A stretch of 52,555 nt of DNA from a virus (Duplodnaviria > Caudoviricetes). Position numbers and translations under genes: made by a program. Below are positions 34,088 through 43,779 of the stretch, piece by piece; within the stretch, counting starts at the first letter, position 1, and the number at the start of each line of letters is the position of its first letter. Location: IMG/VR virus record IMGVR_UViG_3300022602_003287, positions 1-52,555 of that record; one strand, given 5' to 3'. The notes beneath the pieces are model-generated. The model was given only the letters and a program-made list of their open reading frames with translations, had not been told where the DNA came from and did not search any database.

Positions 34088-37000
34088 TTATAATCTTCCT
34101 ACAACGACTTCTATTATACCTTCTTCACCATCAAAATCTTCTAGGGCCTTTCCTATGACAGTACCTAATCTAGGATCCGGATCAGACATAGCATAACCTC
34201 CTCCTGCTGATACCAACATATCTCCCTTCTTGATAGGTCCCTTTACTAGGCATGGAACTCGACCTTGTAATGCCAGTGCTATAACATTGGTGCCGGTTAA
34301 GGCATCATTCATCCTAAATGCTGGATCAGTAGATACTACACCTGCTACTGCACGTGTACCTGTCGATGCTATAGTCACTTCACAAACTCCTCCGAACTGT
34401 AATACCGTGCAGGGTTTATATCCGCAGTCGGCTTGATAGTTCTCTGCCAAGTCAGCATATCGAGCACTAGTAGCAACACCTATAAAACAACCACTAGCGC
34501 TGAAACAGCAACCTGCGAAAATAATACAGCAGGAAGATCCTGCTACACCCGCATTAGCTGCATAACTTGCAGTTGCCGCATTACCACAGGTACAACTAGC
34601 CCATCCTGCGCTTCCTGCGTATCCTGACACTGAGGAAGAGCAAGCACAGCAAGCACAGCCAGCACAACTAGCACATCCTGTTAGGGCGGCTGTGATAGTG
34701 CCTGCGGCAAAGTTTCCTGACGAATCTCTACATACTATAACATTACCGGCATTAGTACAGGTCGCGCATACAAACCAAGTAGCTGCCGCTCCTCCAGTAT
34801 AAGAACAGGCTCCAGCGCTGGCACATAAACCAGTTCCTGCGCTTAGGCTGAAACATACACAACAGGCTTTGTTAACTATTAAAGTGCTTGGACTACACAT
34901 AGTGATCCAGCCATAGCATGAACAGAAATATGTGCTGTCTACGCTACTTAATCCTAGACTCTGTTGAACAAAACTATTAGGAGCTGAACTACAACTTGTA
35001 GCGCAACACAAAGACAGCTTGCTTTGTAGAATAGCCGCATTTGAACATACCATGGCATTAGTGATGGTATTGGCATTGATGTAAACTTTGACTCCGTGTC
35101 CGGTCCTAGCAAATCCTATATCACTTGTATTACATACTGTAGCATTTATGATCTGGCAGGTTGAACACCATATAGGAGTATTTGATGTGGTATTAACACT
35201 AAGACTACAACTGCTGACAAGCAACAGATCTGTATCGGTTGGTGTAGCCAGACTGACGTCATTTAATACTGCAAACTGTTGACCTTGATCTACATATCTT
35301 TTAGTGGCTGCTCTGCTGCCGTCATTACCGACTACTGGATCTCCATTCAGTATCAATCCACCGGTCATTACACCATAGCGAGGAGTTATTATTCCTGTAG
35401 AGCTATCAACAGTACTGGTACCAGCTAGACTTATCTTGGTATCTGCGTAACCTTTATTGACTGCATCTAGTAGGCTTCCTCCAGTAGTAGTAGTGGTAAG
35501 ATTGATTATCTGTCCCGATCCTTGAGTTAGCCCACCTCCCTGCATATTGATATTTCCATTGTTCATCAATATGCTATTGCTATTCATATTAAGTGAACCG
35601 GTCATCTTCTGTAAACCTGTTAGATCAAGGAATCCTGGACCAATCTTGGCTACAGGAGTGTTGTTTGTATCTAACCCTAATCGATGATTGATATAACCGA
35701 TTACCGCTGTTTGTACAGGTACGGTACTACCGCTGGCTTCTCCTAAAGTATCATCTTGGCTAAACTCATTAACCAATACTCCTTTCTGGAACTGTAATCC
35801 GCTGACTCCTGAAAGATTAATACTGGCGTTAATAGTAACTGCTCCAGATGCTTGGTTAACGCCAAAGAAATCTCCTACCTTAAAGTTACCGTCTTGGTCA
35901 GTTGTTACAGCAAATACACGACCTTGACCGATAGCAGTCCTTTCGTTGGCACTATTGGGTAGTTTGGTACTAGGTCCATAGATATCATTTGGGAACCTAG
36001 CGGTGTCATACCCGCCGACTCCGATGTTGAACATGTCAGCACCGGTAGAACGCACTGTTGATATCTTTGTATAGATGCTGGCAGTTGATAGATATCTTAC
36101 ACCTGCTGGAAGCCTAACATTAGAATATGGGTTACTTAAGAAATAGTTAGTAATGGTTGAAACCAATGCCGGCGTAATATTGACAGTATCATAAGTAAGT
36201 CCGCCAGTGGCATAGGTATAGCCGGTGATCCTATGTATGACTCCAGCCCATGAGAATATGTATTGAGTAGCGGTGTTAGAAACGTTATTCAATAATCTTA
36301 GACCATCCCCTGTACTAGTACTAAGTGGATTGATACGTATGACTGTACTGCTGGCTGTAGCGATATAAGTCGTGCTATTCCAGGTAGTTAATCCTACATA
36401 GTTATAGGGATTACTAAATGACAGATCGCTATAACCACTAGTAGCCGAAGTCACATCTACCACTGAAGCTACAGCATAACTCGATGTAGAATCAGAAAAT
36501 ATAGTAGCAACTAGATTTGGATCTATTAGGTTTCTCCTATTTAATCCCTGTACATAAAACTGACTCTGACTTCTTACAGTTATGATAGTACCGCTATTGA
36601 CGGGACTGGCTAATCCAGTTACTCCGCCTACTAGAGATGTAGCTAGGTTTAACTGTAATAGCCACCCACTTGAATTAGTCACAGTATTGGATACTGTAGT
36701 AGCGCTGATAACATTGTATTGTTGTATGCCTAGATATCCGTTGGTGTTGGCTCCGGCTAGTTGTCCGTAGTTTATTTCTACCTGAGAGTTAGCATAAACT
36801 GATATATCTGGATAGTAGTTTGCACCTTGAGAAAGGCTAGTTGGATTTCTTACGAATAAAGTAGTCGAACCGGTATTGTTGCTGGCATTTATACCTCCAT
36901 ATAGTGCTGACCAGTTATAGTTGACAGCGGTCGCTGTCGAAACCATATCATACTGCAGAGTAACCTGTGTAGGAACTTCGTCAGGATTAGCACCTTCTGC

Positions 37001-40000
37001 CTTTAGAGCGAAATCACCGAAAGCATTACTGCCGTTAAGACTCCTAATAGATCCGCCATTCTTTGAATAATAACCTGTATGATTATAGTAAGTGAATACA
37101 GATACCAGTTCAGCTGTACCGTTATTGATACTGATGATACCGTATCCAAGGTCGTTCATCTGCGTAAAATCGGCAGCGATCATACTCTTGTTTCCAGGAG
37201 TACCTAAAACTATGGTGCTGGGCGGATATCCTATAAATCCTTGTTTGATACTAGCGGTGCTGATATAAAAACTGCTAGCATTGGTTACAGGACTACCTCC
37301 TTGGAAAAGCACTCGTATTGGATTAACGTATCCGCTGCCGGGGTTAGTAATAGTAATAGAAGTTACTGTGCTTCCTGTTAGATTGGCAATACCGGCTGCG
37401 GTATGACCGGCAGCTTGATCTGGTGCGCTGAATATAACTGTAGGGGTTCCGACATATCCACCACCACCGCCAACTGTGATAGGTATGGTTCCAGATGGAT
37501 ATGCTATACCACCGCCCTGGAAATAAGGATTGATATTCAATACCGCAGTTCCGGCTACTTGATTATAGTTAGTTACATATGCTACCTGATATTGATTACC
37601 GAGATTATAGAATGTTACTGGTAGGTTGGGATTCCTAGCGTATAATCCTTGGGTAGGTGTAGGACTATAAACAGATATAGTAGTGGTTCCTAGATAGTAA
37701 GGACTGCTGACCGGAGCAACTGGTAGTTGTCCTACATATCCATCTATATACATCCCTCCTGCGAATATCTGTTGATTTATACTCTGGCTAAAACTCGTAG
37801 CTTTATATATGTATGGAGATTTAGTTAATATCTGACCTGCTGGATCAAATACACACATAAATCCTCCATGCCCTTGCACAGTAACTCCAGTAATAATATT
37901 AGCATCATTTAATAAGAACACATCCATCTGGCTGTTCTGTTTAGGAGTACTATTGATATTGGTAGGATCGCTTAGATAATGGAATCCATACTCATAACCT
38001 ACAGGAGCTAGACCTTGTCCTGCATTTGCTGGGCTGTTGTTAACTAATCCATCAAAGTTATTGTCTCTCCTGAAATAAAGATTGGCCCAAGGACTGGTAC
38101 TGGTTAAAGGAGCTGGTTGAACAATAACACGGCGGCTTTCTTCTCCTTTTAACGTGACGTTTGCGGCTAATCTTATAGGCAGCTGTTCTTGATATATACC
38201 ACTTTCTACTATGATAGCGATTTGTGGTTTTGGAATAGTATAAGAGAATAATACAGGTTCTCCTGGCACAAAGGCCGTTCCGGTATTGATCACATCATAA
38301 TATTCTACTGGTTTAGAATAGGTGTTTGATACCCATGCTACTATTTCAGCTTGTATAAAAGATCTATTGGCTTCTAATAAACGTGCGGCCCCTGCGGTAG
38401 TGGTATTAGCGGAAAGAACTAGGCTTATTGGAGTAGCTGTAGATGCCGCACTAGGACCATTCGTTATGATATTAGTGATAGTAGAAAGTATACTGGTCGC
38501 TGTATTGGCTTGAGAAGCACCTCCGACATAATATCCTGTTGTAATCTGAGACACTGCACTTTGTGAAGGACTAGGTATAGCTATTCCTTCTATGATATAA
38601 GGTATAATAGTTGACAACCTATTATATGCGGCTACGGTCTGTGATATCTCATAAGGAATATTAGTCGATGTGGTATATCCATAATAATAAACACCGCTTT
38701 GTATAGCCTGCCTATTGCCTCCGTATAGTGTATCAAAACTAACGCTGTCTACGATATAACCTATATCTCTAGCGCATTTGACTGAATCATAAGAAAATCC
38801 AGAAGATGTTGCTGTGATCCATGCGTTAACTTCTTGTTGTAAGAATGATCTATTGGCCTGCAGTTGGTTGTAGGCATACCAAACGGTAGCAGTGGTACTA
38901 GAGGTAATATTATTAGGAACTATCTGATTAGTAATATTATTAGTACCGTTATTCAATATGTTGATGATGACCTGTATGTCATTTGTTACTATCGAGGCAG
39001 CTGTCGCATCGCCTACTCCTCCCGGCCATACGGTCGGATTGGCACTTGAATATATAGGACTTATAGGTTGACCTTGTACTATCTTTTGAGCTAATAACTT
39101 TAGATAGTTTATAGCCGCAGTGGTTGTTGTGGCTTCTCCTGGAATGATATTAGTAGTGGTAGACGATTGATTATAATATTGTAGACCAGCAAAAGTTGCC
39201 TGGCTATTGTAAGTATTAGGAAACGCCAAATCAAACGCAACAGCATCGACTATTAATCCTGTATCTCTATAACAGGTCGCTGTGTTGAAGTTAGTAATAC
39301 CGATAGTGGTATAATCACCAAATGCTTCTATAAATCCAACCGCTGTAGAATTAGCACCATAGAAATATTGTCCAGGTCGTACATTTGGTGTAGGAACAGC
39401 TATATACTGGTCAGTACCTGATACTCCGTAATCTGCATAATCAAATAATATTCTAGTAGAACCGGGGATGGCTGGACTAGGAACTATGGCGTAAATCGTA
39501 GCGGTTACTATTCCGTTCTGATACGTCATGTACTGCTGATAAGAACTTAATACCGTACTGGCAGTATTAATAATATTCTGTGCTAATACAGCGGCATCGT
39601 TTATGTATCTAAATGCATAGGCTAAACTTCGTCCCCACTTGGAATTAGGTATCCCTGCGCTAGCAAACGTCTTGGTACCATTGGCTCCTGTGGCGCTGTA
39701 ACCGTTGGTGCTGACATATATATTAACTGTGCTATAGGGACTATTATTATCTACATAATATTTTGTAGCTAGGTCTTGCGGATTTAATGGATTAGCAAAG
39801 TTTGTAGCTAGGTATAAATTTCCGTTTAAGTTTGTAGATAATGTGGGATTAGTGTCGCTAAACAAACTGCTAGTTGTCGCATTTATGATCAACTGATTGG
39901 TAGAACTATTGACGATATAGATGCCACTACCAGCGGTTAATAGTTTTTGTGTTAAGGTATTTCCATAGTTATCTACAGCTAGTATAGTGGCTGTAGTTAT

Positions 40001-40180
40001 AGAACTGGGAATATAAACTTGGGGAGTATCTAAGAACTTGGTAAATCTCAGTCCTGTTCCGCCTGTTGAGATCTGATAAAGTTCTGCAAACATCGAGTTT
40101 GCTTTTTCAAACGCGGTCCTGATACTATCGCCGGTGCCGTCGTTGGCTTGTTGTCCAATATTGATAATTTGAAGTGACAT
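34088..40180 (-). CDS. Very large tail fibre/baseplate-attached protein with C-terminal autocleaving chaperone domain
   Basis: N-terminal INIGQQANDGTGDSIRTAF (T4 gp9/gp10-like); CxRDxGxIVD repeats; C-terminal YADLAENY...VVST.PA..MN...LQGRVP...IKKGD.LVS. Confidence 0.8.
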   Translation of the reverse strand: MSLQIINIGQQANDGTGDSIRTAFEKANSMFAELYQISTGGTGLRFTKFLDTPQVYIPSSITTATILAVDNYGNTLTQKLLTAGSGIYIVNSSTNQLIINATTSSLFSDTNPTLSTNLNGNLYLATNFANPLNPQDLATKYYVDNNSPYSTVNIYVSTNGYSATGANGTKTFASAGIPNSKWGRSLAYAFRYINDAAVLAQNIINTASTVLSSYQQYMTYQNGIVTATIYAIVPSPAIPGSTRILFDYADYGVSGTDQYIAVPTPNVRPGQYFYGANSTAVGFIEAFGDYTTIGITNFNTATCYRDTGLIVDAVAFDLAFPNTYNSQATFAGLQYYNQSSTTTNIIPGEATTTTAAINYLKLLAQKIVQGQPISPIYSSANPTVWPGGVGDATAASIVTNDIQVIINILNNGTNNITNQIVPNNITSSTTATVWYAYNQLQANRSFLQQEVNAWITATSSGFSYDSVKCARDIGYIVDSVSFDTLYGGNRQAIQSGVYYYGYTTSTNIPYEISQTVAAYNRLSTIIPYIIEGIAIPSPSQSAVSQITTGYYVGGASQANTATSILSTITNIITNGPSAASTATPISLVLSANTTTAGAARLLEANRSFIQAEIVAWVSNTYSKPVEYYDVINTGTAFVPGEPVLFSYTIPKPQIAIIVESGIYQEQLPIRLAANVTLKGEESRRVIVQPAPLTSTSPWANLYFRRDNNFDGLVNNSPANAGQGLAPVGYEYGFHYLSDPTNINSTPKQNSQMDVFLLNDANIITGVTVQGHGGFMCVFDPAGQILTKSPYIYKATSFSQSINQQIFAGGMYIDGYVGQLPVAPVSSPYYLGTTTISVYSPTPTQGLYARNPNLPVTFYNLGNQYQVAYVTNYNQVAGTAVLNINPYFQGGGIAYPSGTIPITVGGGGGYVGTPTVIFSAPDQAAGHTAAGIANLTGSTVTSITITNPGSGYVNPIRVLFQGGSPVTNASSFYISTASIKQGFIGYPPSTIVLGTPGNKSMIAADFTQMNDLGYGIISINNGTAELVSVFTYYNHTGYYSKNGGSIRSLNGSNAFGDFALKAEGANPDEVPTQVTLQYDMVSTATAVNYNWSALYGGINASNNTGSTTLFVRNPTSLSQGANYYPDISVYANSQVEINYGQLAGANTNGYLGIQQYNVISATTVSNTVTNSSGWLLQLNLATSLVGGVTGLASPVNSGTIITVRSQSQFYVQGLNRRNLIDPNLVATIFSDSTSSYAVASVVDVTSATSGYSDLSFSNPYNYVGLTTWNSTTYIATASSTVIRINPLSTSTGDGLRLLNNVSNTATQYIFSWAGVIHRITGYTYATGGLTYDTVNITPALVSTITNYFLSNPYSNVRLPAGVRYLSTASIYTKISTVRSTGADMFNIGVGGYDTARFPNDIYGPSTKLPNSANERTAIGQGRVFAVTTDQDGNFKVGDFFGVNQASGAVTINASINLSGVSGLQFQKGVLVNEFSQDDTLGEASGSTVPVQTAVIGYINHRLGLDTNNTPVAKIGPGFLDLTGLQKMTGSLNMNSNSILMNNGNINMQGGGLTQGSGQIINLTTTTTGGSLLDAVNKGYADTKISLAGTSTVDSSTGIITPRYGVMTGGLILNGDPVVGNDGSRAATKRYVDQGQQFAVLNDVSLATPTDTDLLLVSSCSLSVNTTSNTPIWCSTCQIINATVCNTSDIGFARTGHGVKVYINANTITNAMVCSNAAILQSKLSLCCATSCSSAPNSFVQQSLGLSSVDSTYFCSCYGWITMCSPSTLIVNKACCVCFSLSAGTGLCASAGACSYTGGAAATWFVCATCTNAGNVIVCRDSSGNFAAGTITAALTGCASCAGCACCACSSSVSGYAGSAGWASCTCGNAATASYAANAGVAGSSCCIIFAGCCFSASGCFIGVATSARYADLAENYQADCGYKPCTVLQFGGVCEVTIASTGTRAVAGVVSTDPAFRMNDALTGTNVIALALQGRVPCLVKGPIKKGDMLVSAGGGYAMSDPDPRLGTVIGKALEDFDGEEGIIEVVVGRL

Positions 40181-40278
40181 TCTATTCCTCTACGTACCCG
40201 TATTTATTTGCGTTTTAGGATACTTTTTGTACCATAATGATATTTACCTAAAATATCATTAATGATAAACTGAGGAAT

Positions 40279-41100
40279 TTACATGAATACTTCTTGTAAT
40301 TCTTGTTTGAGATCTTGGTAGGATAACAGATCTATAGCCTGATCTTGGAAGCTCTTGACCACTGTTTCTACAGCTTTTTCGGGACTTAGCCCTCTGCTTT
40401 GTAGATAATATATCTTTTCTATGTCTAGTTTTTCAGTCATAGACCCTATACTACTCTTGACCGAGTTACAGTCTGTATATATCTCGGGCTTGCTGAAACA
40501 GCGGCAGTTATCTCCCACAGTGAGATTCATATTCTCTACACTAGCTTCGCTGCCATTGCTGCCTTTACCTAATACCACGGTAGATTGATATACTGTTTGA
40601 CCATTATCGCTAGAGCGACCTAATATAAACTGACGACTGTTAGTTTGTTGATGCTGATGTATGACCCTGGTAACTATCTCAGTATCTCCTCCTACATCAT
40701 TGGTCATTAGGCCAAACGCATTAAATCCAGCTCCGGCTTCCATAGTTACCTGTATTATATGCTTGTTGAATTTACCATCTTTGACAAATATACCCAAGGT
40801 AAGATTACTGTTAGCCCTTAATATTATTTCGTATATGCAGACCTGCTGTAGTTTTTTATCAGCTTCATTTAGGACTAACAAATCAAGATGGCTATCTTCC
40901 CTCAGCTCAATCTTGATATTTTTAGCCAGCAAGTCCCGCTCATTGGGGTTCTGTCGCAAGGTCATATGTTCTTTAGCTCCAGGTACGACCTCTATCGAGC
41001 TAGCATCTACCATCTTGAATTCTTTTCCAAAGTACTGATCAGGAGTGAATGTCCAATCTGGGTCGCCTTTTTCAACTTTAAGAAAACTGTGTATAGCCAT
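40279..41100 (-). CDS. SufB/SufD family beta-helix protein (divergent)
   Basis: SKPEIYTDCNSVKSS and LDIEKIYYLQSRGLS match the SufBD C-terminus; coupled to the sufC-like gene. Confidence 0.75.
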   Translation of the reverse strand: MAIHSFLKVEKGDPDWTFTPDQYFGKEFKMVDASSIEVVPGAKEHMTLRQNPNERDLLAKNIKIELREDSHLDLLVLNEADKKLQQVCIYEIILRANSNLTLGIFVKDGKFNKHIIQVTMEAGAGFNAFGLMTNDVGGDTEIVTRVIHQHQQTNSRQFILGRSSDNGQTVYQSTVVLGKGSNGSEASVENMNLTVGDNCRCFSKPEIYTDCNSVKSSIGSMTEKLDIEKIYYLQSRGLSPEKAVETVVKSFQDQAIDLLSYQDLKQELQEVFM

Positions 41101-41806
41101 CTTCTAAAATCCTTTTATAAAGTTCTCCCGTGCCTGATTCACGGATCTCGCCATCAACTAACACATGGACATGAGATGGTTCTAAATAATCTAATATTTC
41201 TTTGCTGTGAGTTATTATGATAACTCCTTTTTTATGATCTTCAAGATATTTCTTGATTAGATTTGTAACTAGTTCTAGAGATTCTGGAGATAGATCTACA
41301 TCTATCTCATCTAATATGACTAGTTCAGGTATCAGCATAACCATTTGGACTACTTCGCTCTTCTTCCATTCTTCTGGACTCAGCATACTACTATTAACAG
41401 GTTCGTCACAAAATTTAGGATGTAGTCCTATAGCTGATACAAGATTCCTGTAGGCCTCTTCTACAGATTGGGTAAAGACTCCTCCTACTCTATTTTCAAA
41501 TAGAGCTTTCATTAAATCTAAGTTACTGAGACCTTCTATCTCTGGGGGATGTTGGAATGATGTAAAGATACCTATCTCACTGCGCCTGTGTGCTTTGAGT
41601 TTTTTTATTTCTCTATTATGGAAGGATATACTCCCCGTGTTCACTGTTAAGTATGGGTTACCTTGTATAGCATGAGCCAGAGAACTCTTACCGCTACCCT
41701 TGGGGCCTAGGATAGCATGTATCTCACCCTTCTTAACTTCGAGATTTATATTGGACAGCACTTCTGTTGTATCTATTATAACAGATACGTTTTTTATTTT
41801 TAGCAT
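41078..41806 (-). CDS. sufC: SufC-like ABC ATPase (degenerate signature motif)
   Basis: GPKGSGKSSL, FQHPPEIEG, ILDEID, IIITH, PSHVHVLVDG.I..SG..EL....E.GY. Confidence 0.8.
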   Translation of the reverse strand: MLKIKNVSVIIDTTEVLSNINLEVKKGEIHAILGPKGSGKSSLAHAIQGNPYLTVNTGSISFHNREIKKLKAHRRSEIGIFTSFQHPPEIEGLSNLDLMKALFENRVGGVFTQSVEEAYRNLVSAIGLHPKFCDEPVNSSMLSPEEWKKSEVVQMVMLIPELVILDEIDVDLSPESLELVTNLIKKYLEDHKKGVIIITHSKEILDYLEPSHVHVLVDGEIRESGTGELYKRILEDGYTQFS

Positions 41807-41812
41807 CGTAAT

Positions 41813-41841
41813 ATTATAAGTTATTGTTTGGTTATTGTCAA
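41813..41841 (-). promoter_or_regulatory. Perfect sigma70 consensus promoter for the sufC-like gene
   Basis: TTGACA-17-TATAAT with ATG 6 nt downstream. Confidence 0.8.
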
Positions 41842-41871
41842 ATCGCCTTAGAAATTCCGAAGTGCCTCCTT

Positions 41872-42411
41872 CTATAGTTTACTACTGATTTTATCCCAGT
41901 CTATTATCTTCCATTGATTAGCTAGATACTTTTTCTTCTCTGATTGATAATCAAGAGCCCATGCGTGTTCCCACCAGTCTATCAATAATACGATATCTTT
42001 CTTAATCTCGTGATTAGCGATAGTTTTAATAATACCGCTCTTAGATAAGTAGACCCATCCACTGCCTTGTATCTTCATAGCAGTTTCTTCAAAGTCTTTC
42101 TTAAACTTATCCCATGTGTTGAAATGTTTGTTTATGAAATCCTCGCTCGCACCTGAGGGATTATTTCCTGTGCTGTATTCTTTAAACTGTGTAAAGTAGA
42201 TATCGTGTAAGAAAGCACCTGCTTCATTAAAATCAGGATCACCTTCCTTGCTGTTATAACGGTCTACATAGGCCTTATATAGCTTACCGTAATGATATTT
42301 CATAGTATCTTCGCTGATACTAGGATCTAGCGCATCGTGATCATACGGCAACTTTGTCCGTTCTAGGGTCTTTTTTTCACCTTCGTTTAAGGATCTTATG
42401 AAGTTATACAT
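41872..42411 (-). CDS. Fe/Mn superoxide dismutase family protein
   Basis: LPY...ALDP.IS..T..YHYGK, LHDIYF, QGSGWVYL, DWWEHA. Confidence 0.88.
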   Translation of the reverse strand: MYNFIRSLNEGEKKTLERTKLPYDHDALDPSISEDTMKYHYGKLYKAYVDRYNSKEGDPDFNEAGAFLHDIYFTQFKEYSTGNNPSGASEDFINKHFNTWDKFKKDFEETAMKIQGSGWVYLSKSGIIKTIANHEIKKDIVLLIDWWEHAWALDYQSEKKKYLANQWKIIDWDKISSKL

Positions 42412-42433
42412 TGATTCTTTTTCTTTATACAGA

Positions 42434-42441
42434 TATTTATA
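42434..42441 (-). promoter_or_regulatory. T4 late promoter consensus TATAAATA upstream of the SOD gene
   Basis: Exact TATAAATA on the minus strand; a divergent GTAAATA at 42447-42453 faces the plus-strand gene. Confidence 0.6.
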
Positions 42442-42483
42442 ACCAAGTAAATACTTTACTGTTTTTTATAAAGGAATTTAAAA

Positions 42484-42768
42484 ATGGAAATTTTAATCGC
42501 TATAGCTATTATCGTAGCATTTATCGCAGTATGGTTTAGTCGCAAACCAAAAGCATTAGTTGAAGCAGAGCAGGCACCTTACAAGGTGGAAACACCAGTT
42601 GTTGAAGTAGATCAGGCCGCTGTAGTTGCTGCCTCCGAGGCAAGTGCTATTGAGACTGTTAAGAAAACTCGTAAACCACGTACCCCTAAGGCAGAAAAGG
42701 CTCCTGCAAAGAAGCCCGCCGCTAAGAAAGCACCTGCTAAGAAAGTAGCTAAATCAAAGAAGGCTTAA
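42484..42768 (+). CDS. Membrane-anchored protein with histone H1-like PAKK tail
   Basis: N-terminal TM helix; KAPAKKPAAKKAPAKKVAKSKKA; AAGGA RBS. Confidence 0.75.
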   Translation: MEILIAIAIIVAFIAVWFSRKPKALVEAEQAPYKVETPVVEVDQAAVVAASEASAIETVKKTRKPRTPKAEKAPAKKPAAKKAPAKKVAKSKKA

Positions 42769-43779
42769 ACTCTTGGCCTGCTTGGCCAGATTAAAACTAG
42801 CTAGATTTTTGCCTTTCGATTCGCACATGATATCGTGTGTGTTTAAAAAGCTCAAAGCCCATTCGTTAACTTTTGTATTCCAATAAAAGTCAGAATGTGC
42901 TCTGAGCTTTTGTTTTTTGTAGCCGTTTTCTAATAGGACTTTGTGATCGGGAACTGAATAAGGGTCGTGCCCTACTAGGTAGTCTTCACGACTAACGCTA
43001 TAATGGAGAGTTGGACGTACACCACGCCAACTATCTAATACCCTTTTAACTCGCTTATCTGAGGCGCTAATATACTCGCCTTCACGAATCCAATGATGAT
43101 GTATATCAAGGACAATAGGAACAAGGTCACTAATGCTAAGACAGTCATCTAATCCCCATGAGTTTTCTTCGTTCTCGATAGTAATACAGTTCCGGGCCTC
43201 AGGCGATAATCTGGTGTATGCTCTGCGTATGCCTTCAGGGCCTTGACGACCTGATATGTGGACGTTGATCTTGAAATCCTGGAATCTCTTCCCATAACCC
43301 ATCCAACGGGCCATGTCTGTATGATATTCAAACTCATCTATGCTCCTATTGACTATATCTGGGGAATCACTCGCAAGTACAGTAAACTGACCAGGGTGAA
43401 AAGAAAGCCGCACGTTGCGACTACGAGCCAACCGGCCCACCTCAGCAAAATGTGTTTCCGCATATCGCTTGACGTCAGGTTGTCTATAAAAGTAAGAATA
43501 AGTAGGCTCAGTGTAAACAGGCAAAATGTCGCTAGAAATGCGAACCATGCGTAAGTGTTCATCTAACCCTCCTACTCGTTCTACTAATAATCGAGTAGAC
43601 TCTATATTTTGTTTCATCACTTCCCATAACTTATCTTCTGATTTGTCGTGATTACGTTTAAGCCAAGCGACAGTAGTGCCACCGGTGTTGTATTTTTTAC
43701 ATTCATCGGTGGCCTTGATACCATCAGTTTGGTGTGGATAATCGATCCACTTGCAGGCGAAGCCTATTTTTTTTGTCAT
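42754..43779 (-). CDS. uvsE: UV-damage endonuclease (UVDE)
   Basis: IGFAC, RISSDILP, RLSFHPGQFTVLAS, INVH, TIENEE, VLDIHHH, HYS, AHSD, DIMCESKGK. Confidence 0.9.
   Translation of the reverse strand: MTKKIGFACKWIDYPHQTDGIKATDECKKYNTGGTTVAWLKRNHDKSEDKLWEVMKQNIESTRLLVERVGGLDEHLRMVRISSDILPVYTEPTYSYFYRQPDVKRYAETHFAEVGRLARSRNVRLSFHPGQFTVLASDSPDIVNRSIDEFEYHTDMARWMGYGKRFQDFKINVHISGRQGPEGIRRAYTRLSPEARNCITIENEENSWGLDDCLSISDLVPIVLDIHHHWIREGEYISASDKRVKRVLDSWRGVRPTLHYSVSREDYLVGHDPYSVPDHKVLLENGYKKQKLRAHSDFYWNTKVNEWALSFLNTHDIMCESKGKNLASFNLAKQAKSLSLL

Noticed and set aside
34380-35215. The Cys-rich fibre region as a diversity-generating retroelement target
   Set aside because: No reverse transcriptase or template-repeat copy was seen in the window, and enrichment for a single residue over ~800 bp does not fit random adenine mutagenesis.
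43149-43562. Minus-strand alternative-frame ORFs inside uvsE (also 7612..7800, 15895..16125 and 47533..47727 inside other genes)
   Set aside because: They are fully nested in other frames of supported genes, with no independent evidence of expression.
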